DNA of 64,000 nt from the human T2T-CHM13v2.0 reference genome, Homo sapiens. The DNA is taken from the NCBI RefSeq assembly GCF_009914755.1, contig NC_060939.1; one strand, written 5' to 3'. Shown here piece after piece: positions 29,914-41,589 of the stretch. Positions within the stretch are counted from its first letter, which is position 1. Each line of letters starts with the position of its first letter. The position numbers and the translations under genes were made by a program. The notes below the pieces were generated by a model. It was given only the letters and a program-made list of their open reading frames with translations. It did not search any database and was not told the origin of the DNA.

Positions 29914-32499
29914 ATGATCATCAATATCTGCTAGCATCACCCAAAGACAACCAGATGTTATTTGCCTTCTGATTGAAGTAGTCCTCCTATCAAGGCTCTA
30001 GATTTAGAAACCAATTTACAAAAGAGACTCCAGATGTCCCCAGACCCTACTCTAAGAACTGATGGTATAAAGGAACTTACGTACCTGAGGTCCACAAAAG
30101 GCAGCTGATAATAGCCAAGGAATTTAATTCTTTCGTTATCTAAAAGTAGGACTCTCCTGTTAAATCATTATCCAAAGTAATAATGACTTGAAAGTCTATC
30201 CCACCAAATATCCCATCTTTGAGAAATTATAATATTGAAACATACACACATACACACCCACACACACAGAATTTTGAAGGAGGGGATGAAACGGGGTTGA
30301 GCTCTAGCCATGCCTTTACTATTGTGTAACCTCTGGGACCTCTCTGATCTTCAGTTTGCAAGTCTCTTTGTAACCTGGAGTTAATAATAATACCTACTGG
30401 GGAAGGGTGTTAGGAAGGTAAGTTCCTGAAGGGCAATGTGTATTTCAAATGTAATCCTGTTGTAATCCTATACCATGGTTAATTAGTACTCATTAAAAGG
30501 GAAAGCAATGCCATATTTAAAGCAAAATCCAAGGAACCAACCTAGAATCTTTTGTCATACTAAATTTGTGTTGCACGTGGCCTTGGATTATTTTATGATG
30601 GGTATTTCAGTCCTTCATATTTGTTGTAGTGGGACATAACCGTTAAAGAATGAGCATGCTAAAGCCATTTGGGAGAATAATGGTAAGTGCTTTATTTAGT
30701 AGTGTGGGGTCTGGTAAGCATCCTCCCTGCTAAGATTATACAGAAAATAAAGGAAATTGCAGACTGCTCATTTCCCTTGTACTCATCCTAATCTTGTGGA
30801 AACTTCCTGTAAAAGGCAGTTATAGCATTAAAAGTAAACTGATTACACACTCACCGGATACTGCCAAACCAACAATTGCCGTCCTTAGGGAAAAAAGGAA
30901 AACAGCATACTTATCCTTTATACTTTGCATTAGTTTGGAAGAACATGGGAATCCTAGTGATGGGGAAGCAGACTCATGCCAGAGGCAAGGAAACTATTTA
31001 GAAACATGGTTACCACTTAGTAATTCCACTGAGAGGCAGGGCTCATTAGCCAAGAGACTGGTTAAACTAAAGAAAAAAAATCATTTATTAAACAAAGTAC
31101 ATGATGAAAATAGGAAGTTCCGATTGATCAAGGCACACATTAACTACAGTTTTAAAAAACAAAATTTTAATAACATCTGCTAAGGAGTAATGTTAAGGGT
31201 AATTTTAGAAATGGAAATATGCACTTGTATTTTATGTACTTTTAGAACCTCATATGTTGGCATGGCTGTCTCCTCTTTTGGCTTCTCAAGAATACAAATA
31301 TCTGATGAGAGCTTCTGGTGCAAGGCACAGTGTATGTGAAATGCTAAACTGCAATAGTATTAAGTCCCAATAGTAAGCCAGAGGGGATTCCTGATTTCAA
31401 CTCCAGTGCCAGTCAGTATAGCTTCATTTTTATATATAGTCAAGGCTCTGGTATAGTATTTCACCTAAAAAGCCTCTATTACTTACGACCACTGCTAAAA
31501 AGGATGCCAAAAAATATAAAGGGCAGCCCCTACCTTCAAGTCACTAAAATTTAATTGGGAAAACAAATATAAACTCATAAAAAATGAATCAGCAAAAATA
31601 ATAATTATCAACACAAGTATAAACAGCAAAGGCAAAAATAAAAGAATCTGAGAAGACCAATTCTGAACTCATAAGAAAGATGATTACTATGGGCTGAGCA
31701 ATGTGAAAAAAAGAAAAGAAACTTTGAATAGGAAAATAGCATGCCATCTGCCAGTGTCTCAGTGAGGACAGCCTACTTTTTGCTGTCCTTGTGAATAAAC
31801 CCTGGCCTGATACCTACATGGAACTCAGAATCCACTTGTACCTTCTTAACTTGGATCATATCCTATACTGGCAATTACTTGGCAATTGTTCTCTTGTTCC
31901 TCCCTCTTTGGCCCATGGATCCTATTGATAATTAATTACCTCGAACAGGTCATTAAATGGTTGTGGCTAATTCCTAAAGCTGAGGACAATAATACAGATA
32001 GTCACTTGTGATAACCAGCTATTGTGACTAGCTTCCTTCCCACAGGGCTACCTAGAAAACACAACTGAGCAAATATAAGTATCTCCTTTCTTGCTGAGCC
32101 CGAATGTGGCCATAGAATTCTTCTTGATTAGTACCAACTGAATGGAGTTGGAGCTTAAGACAAAACTGTGATCTGTATTTAGCTTCTCACATCTGGCTGG
32201 ATCCCCTTTCCTAACTGAACTATCCCTCTGGCCTTGACCAGTGTCTATCTAAGCTTATGATATACCACTGGCCACCCTTTTTTGTGTTTAGCTGGAACAC
32301 AGCTTTCAATCACGGATGTGCTGGGAGACAGGATGACAAAAATGGTTTTAAGGAAAGGGGGAGTAGATGATGAAGGACTAAAAAGGGCCAAGCACCTGGC
32401 ATACTTACAAAAGCATGGCCCCATCATAGACCTAGTGATCACAATTTCTGAGCTGGGGTCTAGGAATCTGCATTTTAAGTACTTGCAGTGTATTTTAAA

Positions 32500-32850
32500 A
32501 AAATTATTATAGAACATTTTAAATTATAAAATAGTAAAGAGAATGTATTCATCATTAATCTATAACCAATCTTGTTTCATCTATATCCTTACCCATTCTT
32601 CCTACTCCTCACCCCAGTGGATTATTCTGAAGCATAACGTTTCATCTGTAAATATTTTAGTACATATCTCTGAAAGGTAAGGACTTGAAGAAAATGTTGC
32701 CATAAACCAATACTTAAAAAAAATTCCTTGTTTTCATCAAATCTCCAGTTAATGTTCAAATCTCTCCAGTTGTCCCAAATTTAAAAATATTTAAGTCACG
32801 ATCCAAATAAGATCTCACACATTGTCTTTGGTTGGTACGTCTCTTTACTC
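32500..32850 (-). mobile_element. L1MC-type 3' fragment
   Basis: ggattattctgaagc...ttcatctgtaaatattttagtacatatctc. Confidence 0.55.
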
Positions 32851-34805
32851 TTAAGGTCCAGACACCCGGATAGATAAGTCGAGGCCTCCTGAGTATAGAG
32901 CAGCCAGTGATTGACAGTCAGACTAGAAGATCCCTTGGCTCTGAGCAGTAGCACCATTTCTGACTGCTTCAGAGTAGAAGACTCTGAGCTCTGCTAAACC
33001 AAAGCAAATTTTTAAAAAGTTGGTGAGATCTTTAACAACTGGGTGAGAGAACTACAAATGCGTTGTTGAAAAAAGGGCACAAAAGTGTTCTAGAAATGGC
33101 ATAGGACCACCAAAGGCTGTGGATGGTTTGCTGACTATGTCTTGGTCGTGGAGTTGAGAGCAATCTTTAAAGCATTAATTTGGGCTATTGATCACATCTT
33201 GCTCCCTTTATGTAAGCAGTGTGTGGTGTATGTGGAATGTGGAAATAGCCAGCACAGTGCCTGGCTCATGACAACCAAGATTCTTCCAAAGACTATACTG
33301 ACAATTTCCTTGATACACTAGAACCTCAAACAGATGCAAATCTTCAAAAGATAAAGGCCTTTGCAAATGACCGACTTTCCTTCTATTTACTTAATCATAA
33401 TAACTGTGATAGTTTCATTTATTAATGGCTTACTAAGGACCAGGCCATGTGTCTAGCAACTGATAGTTATTTGTTGAATGCATGAACAAGAATATTGAAT
33501 GCTTTACATTTAATCCTCAGAGCATCTGCCACTATTTTGCCATGAAGTTTATTACTATCTCTGACAAAACAGTAGTAAGAACTAGGACTTATTCTTACTG
33601 TGAATTCTTAATCTGTTCTAAGTAACTCTGTATATTATTATCTCGTTCATCAGCACAACAGCTGTGTAAGTTAAGTACTATTATCCCCATTTTATGCAGG
33701 CCCAGAGTTTCAGTAACTTGGATAAGAACACAGATTATAACTGATGGTACTTGACTGAAACTTGAGCAGCCTAACTGGTTAACAGTAGTCCTGGAAGGGG
33801 AAGAGGCCAGTATCAACACTCCCATGTATAAGTTCTTGGCAAGAATAAGTTCAAAAAGGCAGGTTTAGAGGTCATGTCTAGCACAGACCATCATCAACAT
33901 TGCCCCTCTCTTTCTCAAGAGTAAGGACAATGCTGCTGCTGAGGCAGGAATCAAGTTACATAAAGAGACCTCAGAAATCAATGGGATGGTTTTTTGGGTA
34001 CATTGACTGGTTTAGCGCCTCTGTTCATTCGTCAAACATTTATTAAGCACCTGCTACGTGCAAAACACTGTTAACAGTGCACTACTGTGCACGCTCATTC
34101 TCAGAACAACAATCCTGCGATTCCTGGAGAGGGATGGTAGAAGAGGAGTGCTGCCTTGTTAACGAGGTTCTCCCAACTTCTTTTTTTCCTCGGGAATTGT
34201 TCTCTTTAATGTGGCACCAGCGGCAACCTTCATTCTTAGGTCGCACAAATCTGAGAAGGAAGAGAAAAACATTGCACGCAGGGCGAGACTTATATCTGGG
34301 AAGATGCGTCAGGAACTTGGGAGCACTTGGGATTCAGTCCCCTAAGGTGGTTCATGTACAGGCTGGTTTTCTAAGTGGAGAACAGATAATAGAATTTGCA
34401 GAGCCAGGAGCTCTGACTCCTGTGGCTGGGCTGACCTTAGGCTCCAGCCCGCAACCCCAGTAGGTTTCTGTGCAAAAATCTTTTGAGATGAATGCATACT
34501 TTGTCTTCTAACAATGCATTCGTGACAGCTGTCTATCCAATCGGTCCGCCTCCGTTCAGAGCAGTTCGTGCCACAGAAGCATCTCCTGCGCTATAGTTAT
34601 GCAACCTCACTCGCAGCGGGAGTTATTTCCTCCGTTCTGGCTGCGCCAGATTCATGTAACACGCCTACCCTGGGCTTCAATGGAAGTCGTTCTCCATTAA
34701 CAATCACTCCAGCTTTCCGAGATGAATGCCCTGATAGCATACCCCTTGCGCAGTAAGAATCCAGGCAGCGAGGCGAGGTGTTAAAACACACATACATTCT
34801 CATAT

Positions 34806-34844
<39 letters not shown>
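34806..34844. repeat. Compound (TC)8(CA)12 microsatellite
   Basis: Read directly from sequence. Confidence 0.95.
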
Positions 34845-34981
34845 TACACTTCGTGCATGCAGCTAGGGGACTGCAGCAGTGCAACCAGGGGGACAGCAGG
34901 AGGAGCTCTCTTTGCAGTCCCTGCTTCTAACCCCCACTAACTAAAGATGAACTCATGCCAGTTCCATTCTTTGCTCTGCAA

Positions 34982-34986
<5 letters not shown>

Positions 34987-35022
<36 letters not shown>
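34987..35022. repeat. (AC)18 microsatellite
   Basis: Read directly from sequence. Confidence 0.97.
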
Positions 35023-35024
<2 letters not shown>

Positions 35025-36334
35025 CAGAAGAGAGTAGCCTTCAGATTTCCCCTCTGAGCACACTGTCTTTCTAGCCTCTTCGTTCAAGCAACCCGGATAT
35101 TCCAAGCAGAGTAACGGGGAGTAACGCGCCACAACAATGCAACCTCCCTAGCAGCTCCCCTCGCAGCTCCCACCCCCGCCCCCTTTCGCGGCGTGCCAAG
35201 AGTTTGGAGCGCGCGCACGCACACCGAGCACGGTGCAGGGAGGATATCCCTCCGCCTCCCTCCCCCTTTCTCCGCTAAGTGGCTCGACAACGATTTGGGA
35301 AATGAAGGGAGGAGGGAACTACTTTCCTGAAACTTGCTATGCTGCACATGACTTCGAGTTGCAGTGATTCGCCCGGAGGCCGCGGCTTTTAGTCCTACCC
35401 ACACACCCTCACAGCCTGGGCACCCCGCTCGGCAGCCCCACCCCGCGCCCGCTCTGGCCTCCGGGGAAAGCGGGCGGCCGGGAGAAGTCGCGAGGGACTA
35501 CTTCGCCTCCTTCTCTCGCGGGCGCCCCCGGTTCGGGCAGCGGCGGCGGCGGCGGAAGGAGCGGGCGGCGTGAGCGCTTCCGCCGCCCCCCTCGCGGCTC
35601 CCCTCTCTCGGGCGTGAGGAGCTGGCCCGCTGAGCTGCTGGTGGGCACTGGCTGGCGGGGAACCTGCGGCCGCTCTTGTCCTCTCCCGCCGCTTCTCGGG
35701 ATCCTGCCCCCCGGACCCGGGCCCGCCCGCTCTTCTCCGGCCGGGTGGGAACGATCGGTTTGCCTGCCCCTCGCCTCACACGCTCCCCGCCGCCCCCTCC
35801 ACCCCCCTGAGGAGGAGTCCCGGCTGGAGCGTGTCTGGAGGAATCCGCCGCCGCGGGGCCCCTAGCCCTGCTCTGCCGGCGCCTGAGGACCGACCCAGAC
35901 GCCGCCGGGGGTTGAGGGGCAGCCGGCGGCGAGGCGGGAGATGGTGGGGTGGGCTCCGGCAGGACCGCGCCGCCGCTGCCCGGAGCCTGGGCTCGGCACC
36001 CCCCCGCCGGCCCCCACCGAGCGGAGCTCTGCTTCCTCCTCGCCGCATCCCTGAGGGAAGCGCCGCCTCTGCTCCCGGGTTCTCCGCCCGCCGACTCCTT
36101 CCTGGCCGGACCCCGCTGCGCTCCACCCCAGTGGCTGGAGGAGCAGCTCTCCAGTCAGCCTTTGCAGCCCCTCTCTTTTTCCCTTTCCACCGGGCCTCCT
36201 CGGATCCCTTGGCTGGGCACTGAGGCGGGGGAAGAGGCTGGGGTCGCCACGGCGGAGGTTGCTGCCGCCACCCCCCTGCGGGGGTGGCCGGGGTTCCCGG
36301 CTGGGGGGGTACCGTTCTGGGTGAGGCATCCACC

Positions 36335-36457
36335 ATGGTGAGGCCCCTGTGCCGCTGCCCCCGCGCCCCCCCGGCCGCCGCTGCCTCCTGCCCCTCGGTG
36401 CTGCTGTTGCTCCCCCGCCTGCTGTTGCTCCTCCATCTCCAGATCGGATCACGGTGA
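36335..36457 (+). CDS. Upstream ORF in SPRED1 5'UTR, 40 aa MVRPLCRCPRAPPAAAASCPSVLLLLPRLLLLLHLQIGSR
   Basis: caccATGg (A at -3, G at +4), open to TGA 36455-36457; out of frame with and 7 nt upstream of the main ATG; translation not shown. Confidence 0.6.
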   Translation: MVRPLCRCPRAPPAAAASCPSVLLLLPRLLLLLHLQIGSR

Positions 36458-36464
36458 GGGAAAG

Positions 36465-36496
36465 ATGAGCGAGGAGACGGCGACTTCTGACAACGA
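36465..36496 (+). CDS. SPRED1: SPRED1 coding exon 1 (codons 1-11, phase-2 junction), Sprouty-related EVH1 domain protein 1
   Basis: ATG AGC GAG GAG ACG GCG ACT TCT GAC AAC GA = MSEETATSDN(D), the N-terminus of human SPRED1 as I recall it; followed by the donor GA|GTAAGC at 36497; lies at the 3' end of a CpG island. Confidence 0.95.
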
Positions 36497-39400
36497 GTAA
36501 GCGCCTCATTGATCTCGATTGCTAATCCCCCTCCCCCTATCCGCCCTCGGCTCTCCCCCAGACCCATCCGAAACTTGGGTGCCGGAAAGCTTGCGACCCT
36601 GGAGAGTTCGGTGCATCTTCTGGAGATAGCTGATTTCTTTAGCCATTTTTAGTGGCAGCACCCCTCCCCATCCTCCCACATTTAGCTGCTTTCTTTTGGG
36701 GTAGGGGATTAAGTGTTGGGAGAGGATGGCAATTGTACGTCTATGAGAGGGAATAATGTGGATGGATGGAAGTGGAGTAGAAACTACCCCTTTGCCTGTG
36801 AGCCCCCTGTCCCGTCCTTTTTCACTCACATACCAGTCACCATACCTTCAGTATCCATCCTACTTCCTTTATAGCTGTTTCACTTGGAAACTAATGTGTG
36901 GGAGCACCTCCTGCAGCAAACTGCTCTTGAATCTTAATTCGATGAGTCAGTGACTCTTAAATACCGATTAAGCCTTCACCCTCTCCCCCCTCCCCCTTTT
37001 AAACTTATGACCTGTAAGATTCTTGTAAAAAATAGGGTTAGGGAAACATTTTTAGAATTTAATAGGATTAAGGACACCTGGAGTGTGGGCGATGTTGAGC
37101 TAGAGTTTACCTTTGTGAATATTGGACGTGTCTTCAGGAACGGAGAAGAATTTTGAATGCTAATTTTTACCTTTCAGCTATGTGAAAACACATGATTTAC
37201 GTTGATGTAACCGAATTTACATTGCTGAATATGTTGGTGATTTCATTAACTTTTAGAGCATTCCGGTTTAAGTTTTAGCTTATTTGGGCTTTCTCCTTGC
37301 TTTCCAAACGAAATACTTCGTCTTTTAAATGTTTTGCTTTAACGTGACAGCTGCGTGGAGAAATAATGGTTGGCAACACTTTTCTATTGAGAAGGGATTT
37401 AATTCCAAGCAGAATATTAGCATCCGTTTTCTTGTAATTAAGTTCAACTTTTGTTTATCTTCGGAGGGTTGGAAAGAGTTAAGTGAGTTAGGACTTAGTC
37501 ATTTGGATGCATTCCTTTAAATACAGTGCATTACTAAAGTCAGACCTTTTTGAAATAACTTTTTAAAGTCTGTACCGAGTCCTGTTTAACGTAAAATAGC
37601 TAGAGAAAGGCCAAACAACATTTCCTCCTCCCTTACTCCCTCCCCACCCCAAAACACACGCTTCTGCTGAGCGGGTGTAGAAGGAGGTACATTGCTGCAG
37701 TGTCAGTGCAGTGTAGAAGCAGAAGTGGCAGCCATGTTCTGTCTCTTTTTGTGAATCGCCCTCATTTGCATAGCACACTCTTCATTCATAAAAAAAATAA
37801 TTAAACATCCATCACCTTGGACATCTTGAAAGGATTTCCCAAGAAAAAAAATTCGCGGCTTATTTGTCTGTGTGTAGATTTTTGAGTTCAGAAGGTAAGA
37901 AGAATGTGAAATTTTAGGTTAAATTTAAAAACATACGCACACACAAACAACTACCCCTGTTCTGAGAATGTTGACACAGTTATGTGGGAAATATCAGTTC
38001 GGGGAGGTGCTGGGATCACGTGATCGCCTCCATTCATAAAATACCTGGCTGTCCATTCACAGTGCAGTACAGTGTCTCCCTGCCTTCTGCAGATTAGACC
38101 TACTTTGAGGGAGATCAAGAAGTCTATCTCAGATAATGGTTATTTAGGAGAAGAACTGCTAAAAATGCTGAACCGAATGACGGTAACTTTTATTGGTATC
38201 TTTCAAAAAGTTTGGATTAAAAATGTTAAGTTTTCTTTTAGAGATGGGAAAAGACTTCTTACCAGTTTAATTTTTTTCTTAAAGCAGTGAATATCTCCTT
38301 GTTTCCTTCTGGTTGCAGCTAATAAAAAAAGCAGATGATGGAATGTGAATTAACACAAGTAAAATATATTTTTTCTAAATGGCCATTTTTTTAAATACTT
38401 GCCATAAATAAATTGAGACAACAGGTTTTTTTGTATAGTGATAGTGCGTTCCACTGCTATTACAGTAAATTGAGAAAATACTCCCAGTGATTTAATCCCC
38501 AAGATGTTGATATTTGAAACACCGATGGCAATCTTCAGTGAGAGGATTGCTTTAAATATTTTTTTTTCATCTAAATGTACTTAGTATGGGACAACTTGGA
38601 AATTATCTCACTCACCCAGACTTTTAAAATCGTTTTTTCACAAATTTATCCTGCTTTATTAATAAATTATTCCCTAGGAGCTTTGTAATACTTTTTAAGT
38701 TTGGGCAGGGCGATAATAATATTTAGCATAATATTTTGGTAAACTCTTCATGGGAACAAAATCTTGGGGGTTTTACTTTAAAAAACTCTATTATATTAGA
38801 AAATAATGTGTTCATCTGATAATCAGTTTTACTAGAGCCAGCATTGTTTGCTTGTGCATTAGATAAACCACAGAGTGAACTTATTTGGAATGTAGCTTTT
38901 AATATAGTAATTTATGTCTCATCTTTAATAGGTGAACCGTTTTGAAATGGAAATTTATTATTTATAGTCATTATGAAGAAAGATACGTATCATGGCAGAA
39001 GCCATTAAGGCCTTAGCACAGTTTAAAACTGCCCTGTAACATGGATTTTATTTGGGCCTTACATTTTTTTCCCTTTTCTCTTTTTTAAAGCCATTGCTCA
39101 TAGGGATTTAATTACAGTAGGGACTATTTTTAACATTCTTTAGTTTCTTTTTCACCTGATTTCAACCTTCAAGAAAAGTGAAAATCACCAGTTTCCTGGG
39201 AAACCATTAACCCTTTCTAGATAGCCATTGTGGTAAAATCCAGTAGGGCCTCATTCTGAAATCCTCGAGTACATGCTCTATTATTTGAAATTAAAGTTTT
39301 ATGTAGAGAAATGGATAACTCCTAGGCTGACTGTGAGAATATATTTAATCAAGAATTAGTGGGGGATCTGTTATGTGTAGGGCTTTGCTTTAATGCCAAA

Positions 39401-41589
39401 CCAAGTAAGGAAGAAATAAATTAGAATAAAGCATTTCTTAGATTGTTTCACATTTATGTTTAAAAATCTTACTTTTCAAAAATAGTAAACATACTCTAGA
39501 GCAAAAGAATTTGTGTTATAAATAGTAGAGGAAATAGCCACATACATGTTTGTTTTGTAGGTAATTTGCACAGAGACTGTTTAATACTCCAGTCAAATGT
39601 TTCCGATAGATATAACTGTACCATATTTTACATTATTGAATTAGCCTTCTAAATAGAGTTTTAAACATTTAAAGGCATATTATATAATACTTAAGAGTCT
39701 TTGTCCTTTGGTATTGAGTGTATATAGCACTGCATGTCCTTTTGTCAATTTGGCCAAAACATTTGGAGAAGTGAAGTAGCTGAAATAATAAGCATTTGGC
39801 TTATTAGGTTCACGTTAGCCAGAAACACTTCCTGTGTCAGTATTAGGCTTTCTAATAGCAAGTTGGGATTATATTAGATTTTGGAATTAGGTTAACTAGA
39901 ATTAGACCATGTATGATAAACGTACTATGTTGTAATCTGAGTTTGAACTGTTTTTCCGTAAATAGAAAGCAAATTTTTATGGTTATATCATTTAGTGCCT
40001 CATAAAAAATATACCCAGTGGTGAGTTATTTTTGATAAGTGTAAATAAACATATGTTCACCCCATACATTTTACGTATGTATATGTATGTACACACACAC
40101 ACATATATATATATATAAAATTGGAAAACATTCTAGAAATAAATGGAAGCACTGGAAAGCTGTGTAATATTAAGCCATCTAATGTTTGTTTATATAGATG
40201 TGGTGTATACATAATATAAAAATTTGCTTATTATTCAGTTGGCCTGTGTAAAAATCAGCTAAATGACTGCATACTTGCTTCAACTTAATTTCCCTCTGCT
40301 TTCTCACTTAAAACTTTATGATCCTGAATTATATATTTTAAACACATTATGATACCATACCTAGAATTCCTCTCCTTACAAACTTTTGTAAATTCATCAT
40401 TTTTCCCCAAAAGACCTTCTCTCTTCCCCTCTTTCAACACTCTGTCCCTCTATGTTGCCTCTGTACTTCGTACATATGTATATTAGTTTTAAAATCATAT
40501 AATATTGTGATTATTTACTTATTTCTATGACCGCTATTCTGTAATTCCCTACTTTTGTTTGTATGCCTAGCACAGTGCTTGATGGCAAATGCTCTACAAA
40601 TGTGGTTGAATTAATGGAGCCTCATTACCTCATTTTTTTGTTTTCTCTGAATTTATGCATTTGAGATCATTAGCTGTATTAGAAAAAAAGGCCGAAAAAG
40701 AGTATGGGAAAAGTAAATTATTACCCGTTTAAGAAGGCTTACCTTTTTTTTTAAGAAAAGACAAAAATTGGCCTCATTTTTGACATGTTTTGTTTCTGCA
40801 AGTTTGAGAAATAACTTAGATCAGGCTTAAAAACTGTCCTAAAGTGCTGTTGGGATGTTTGGATGTGCTTGGCCTCTGAGTTATGTGGTGTATCTGAAGA
40901 CCCGTGTTATATCCACAAGAAGGTAGACATTTGTGTGTCTGTCTTTTTTGGCATAGGAAGCTCAAAATTTAGGAATATGTATCTCCAGCTGTTTATCAGT
41001 TTTAAGTCTTTAAATTGCTCTCCCTTTCCCCCATGGTTCCACATTAGTGCCAAGGGTGAGGAACTGACTAGGGATAAAGAAGTGAAATTGATCAGGAAAG
41101 GGTAAACAGCAGCAGATTCCATGATTTTATACTGCAGCTGTTGGTGACTGAGAACTGCCTAAGGGGAAAGTGTAACAATTTAGCCTTTTCTCTGGTGTTG
41201 TATAACTTGAACTTGACTAGTCTTACCCAGTTTGGGGAAATGATTGGTAAAGACAAGCCTGCTTTTCTTCTCCATCTTTCAGTAGGAACAGGAACGACAT
41301 TAAAAATGCCAATTTAAAAAATGCTTCACCCCATGTAAGAGTAGTAGTTTATTTCAGATAATGTACAAAATGATCTCTAAAGTGAGTAATAATTTATTTG
41401 CAATTCTGCCATTAAATAACAGCTGCTAAAATTTTGGTCTACATGGAAACCTTTCTTATGATGTTGGTGATGAAACATATTCATTTATTAGATTTTTACT
41501 GTATGCCAAGCACTGTTATAAATGCTTTATCAAAGCATTATGTAGTTTATATATATACATGTGTTTCTTCTCAGTGGAATGGAATTGCA

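Larger units (their letters stand above)
35090..36620 (+). promoter_or_regulatory. SPRED1: CpG island / TATA-less promoter and 5'UTR of SPRED1
   Basis: Abrupt rise in GC and CpG density; GC boxes (e.g. cccccgccccc near 35173), (CGG)5 at 35541-35555; exact TSS not determinable from sequence. Confidence 0.92.

Noticed and set aside
30794-31183. 129-aa ORF in unique DNA upstream of the promoter
   Set aside because: Non-ATG start, no recognisable homology or splice context
34077-34463. 128-aa ORF upstream of the CpG island
   Set aside because: GTG start, no domain similarity or coding-like features
34591-34603. atagttatgca resembling the start of SPRED1 exon 2
   Set aside because: Only ~11 nt, upstream of the promoter, and the match does not continue
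35084-36829. Many long overlapping ORFs on both strands in the CpG island (e.g. 263 aa at 35776-36567 -, 215 aa at 35862-36509 -, 93 aa MEEQQQ... at 36155-36436 -)
   Set aside because: GC-rich, stop-poor DNA gives long Pro/Arg/Gly/Ala ORFs by chance; no recognisable domain, and several lack an ATG start
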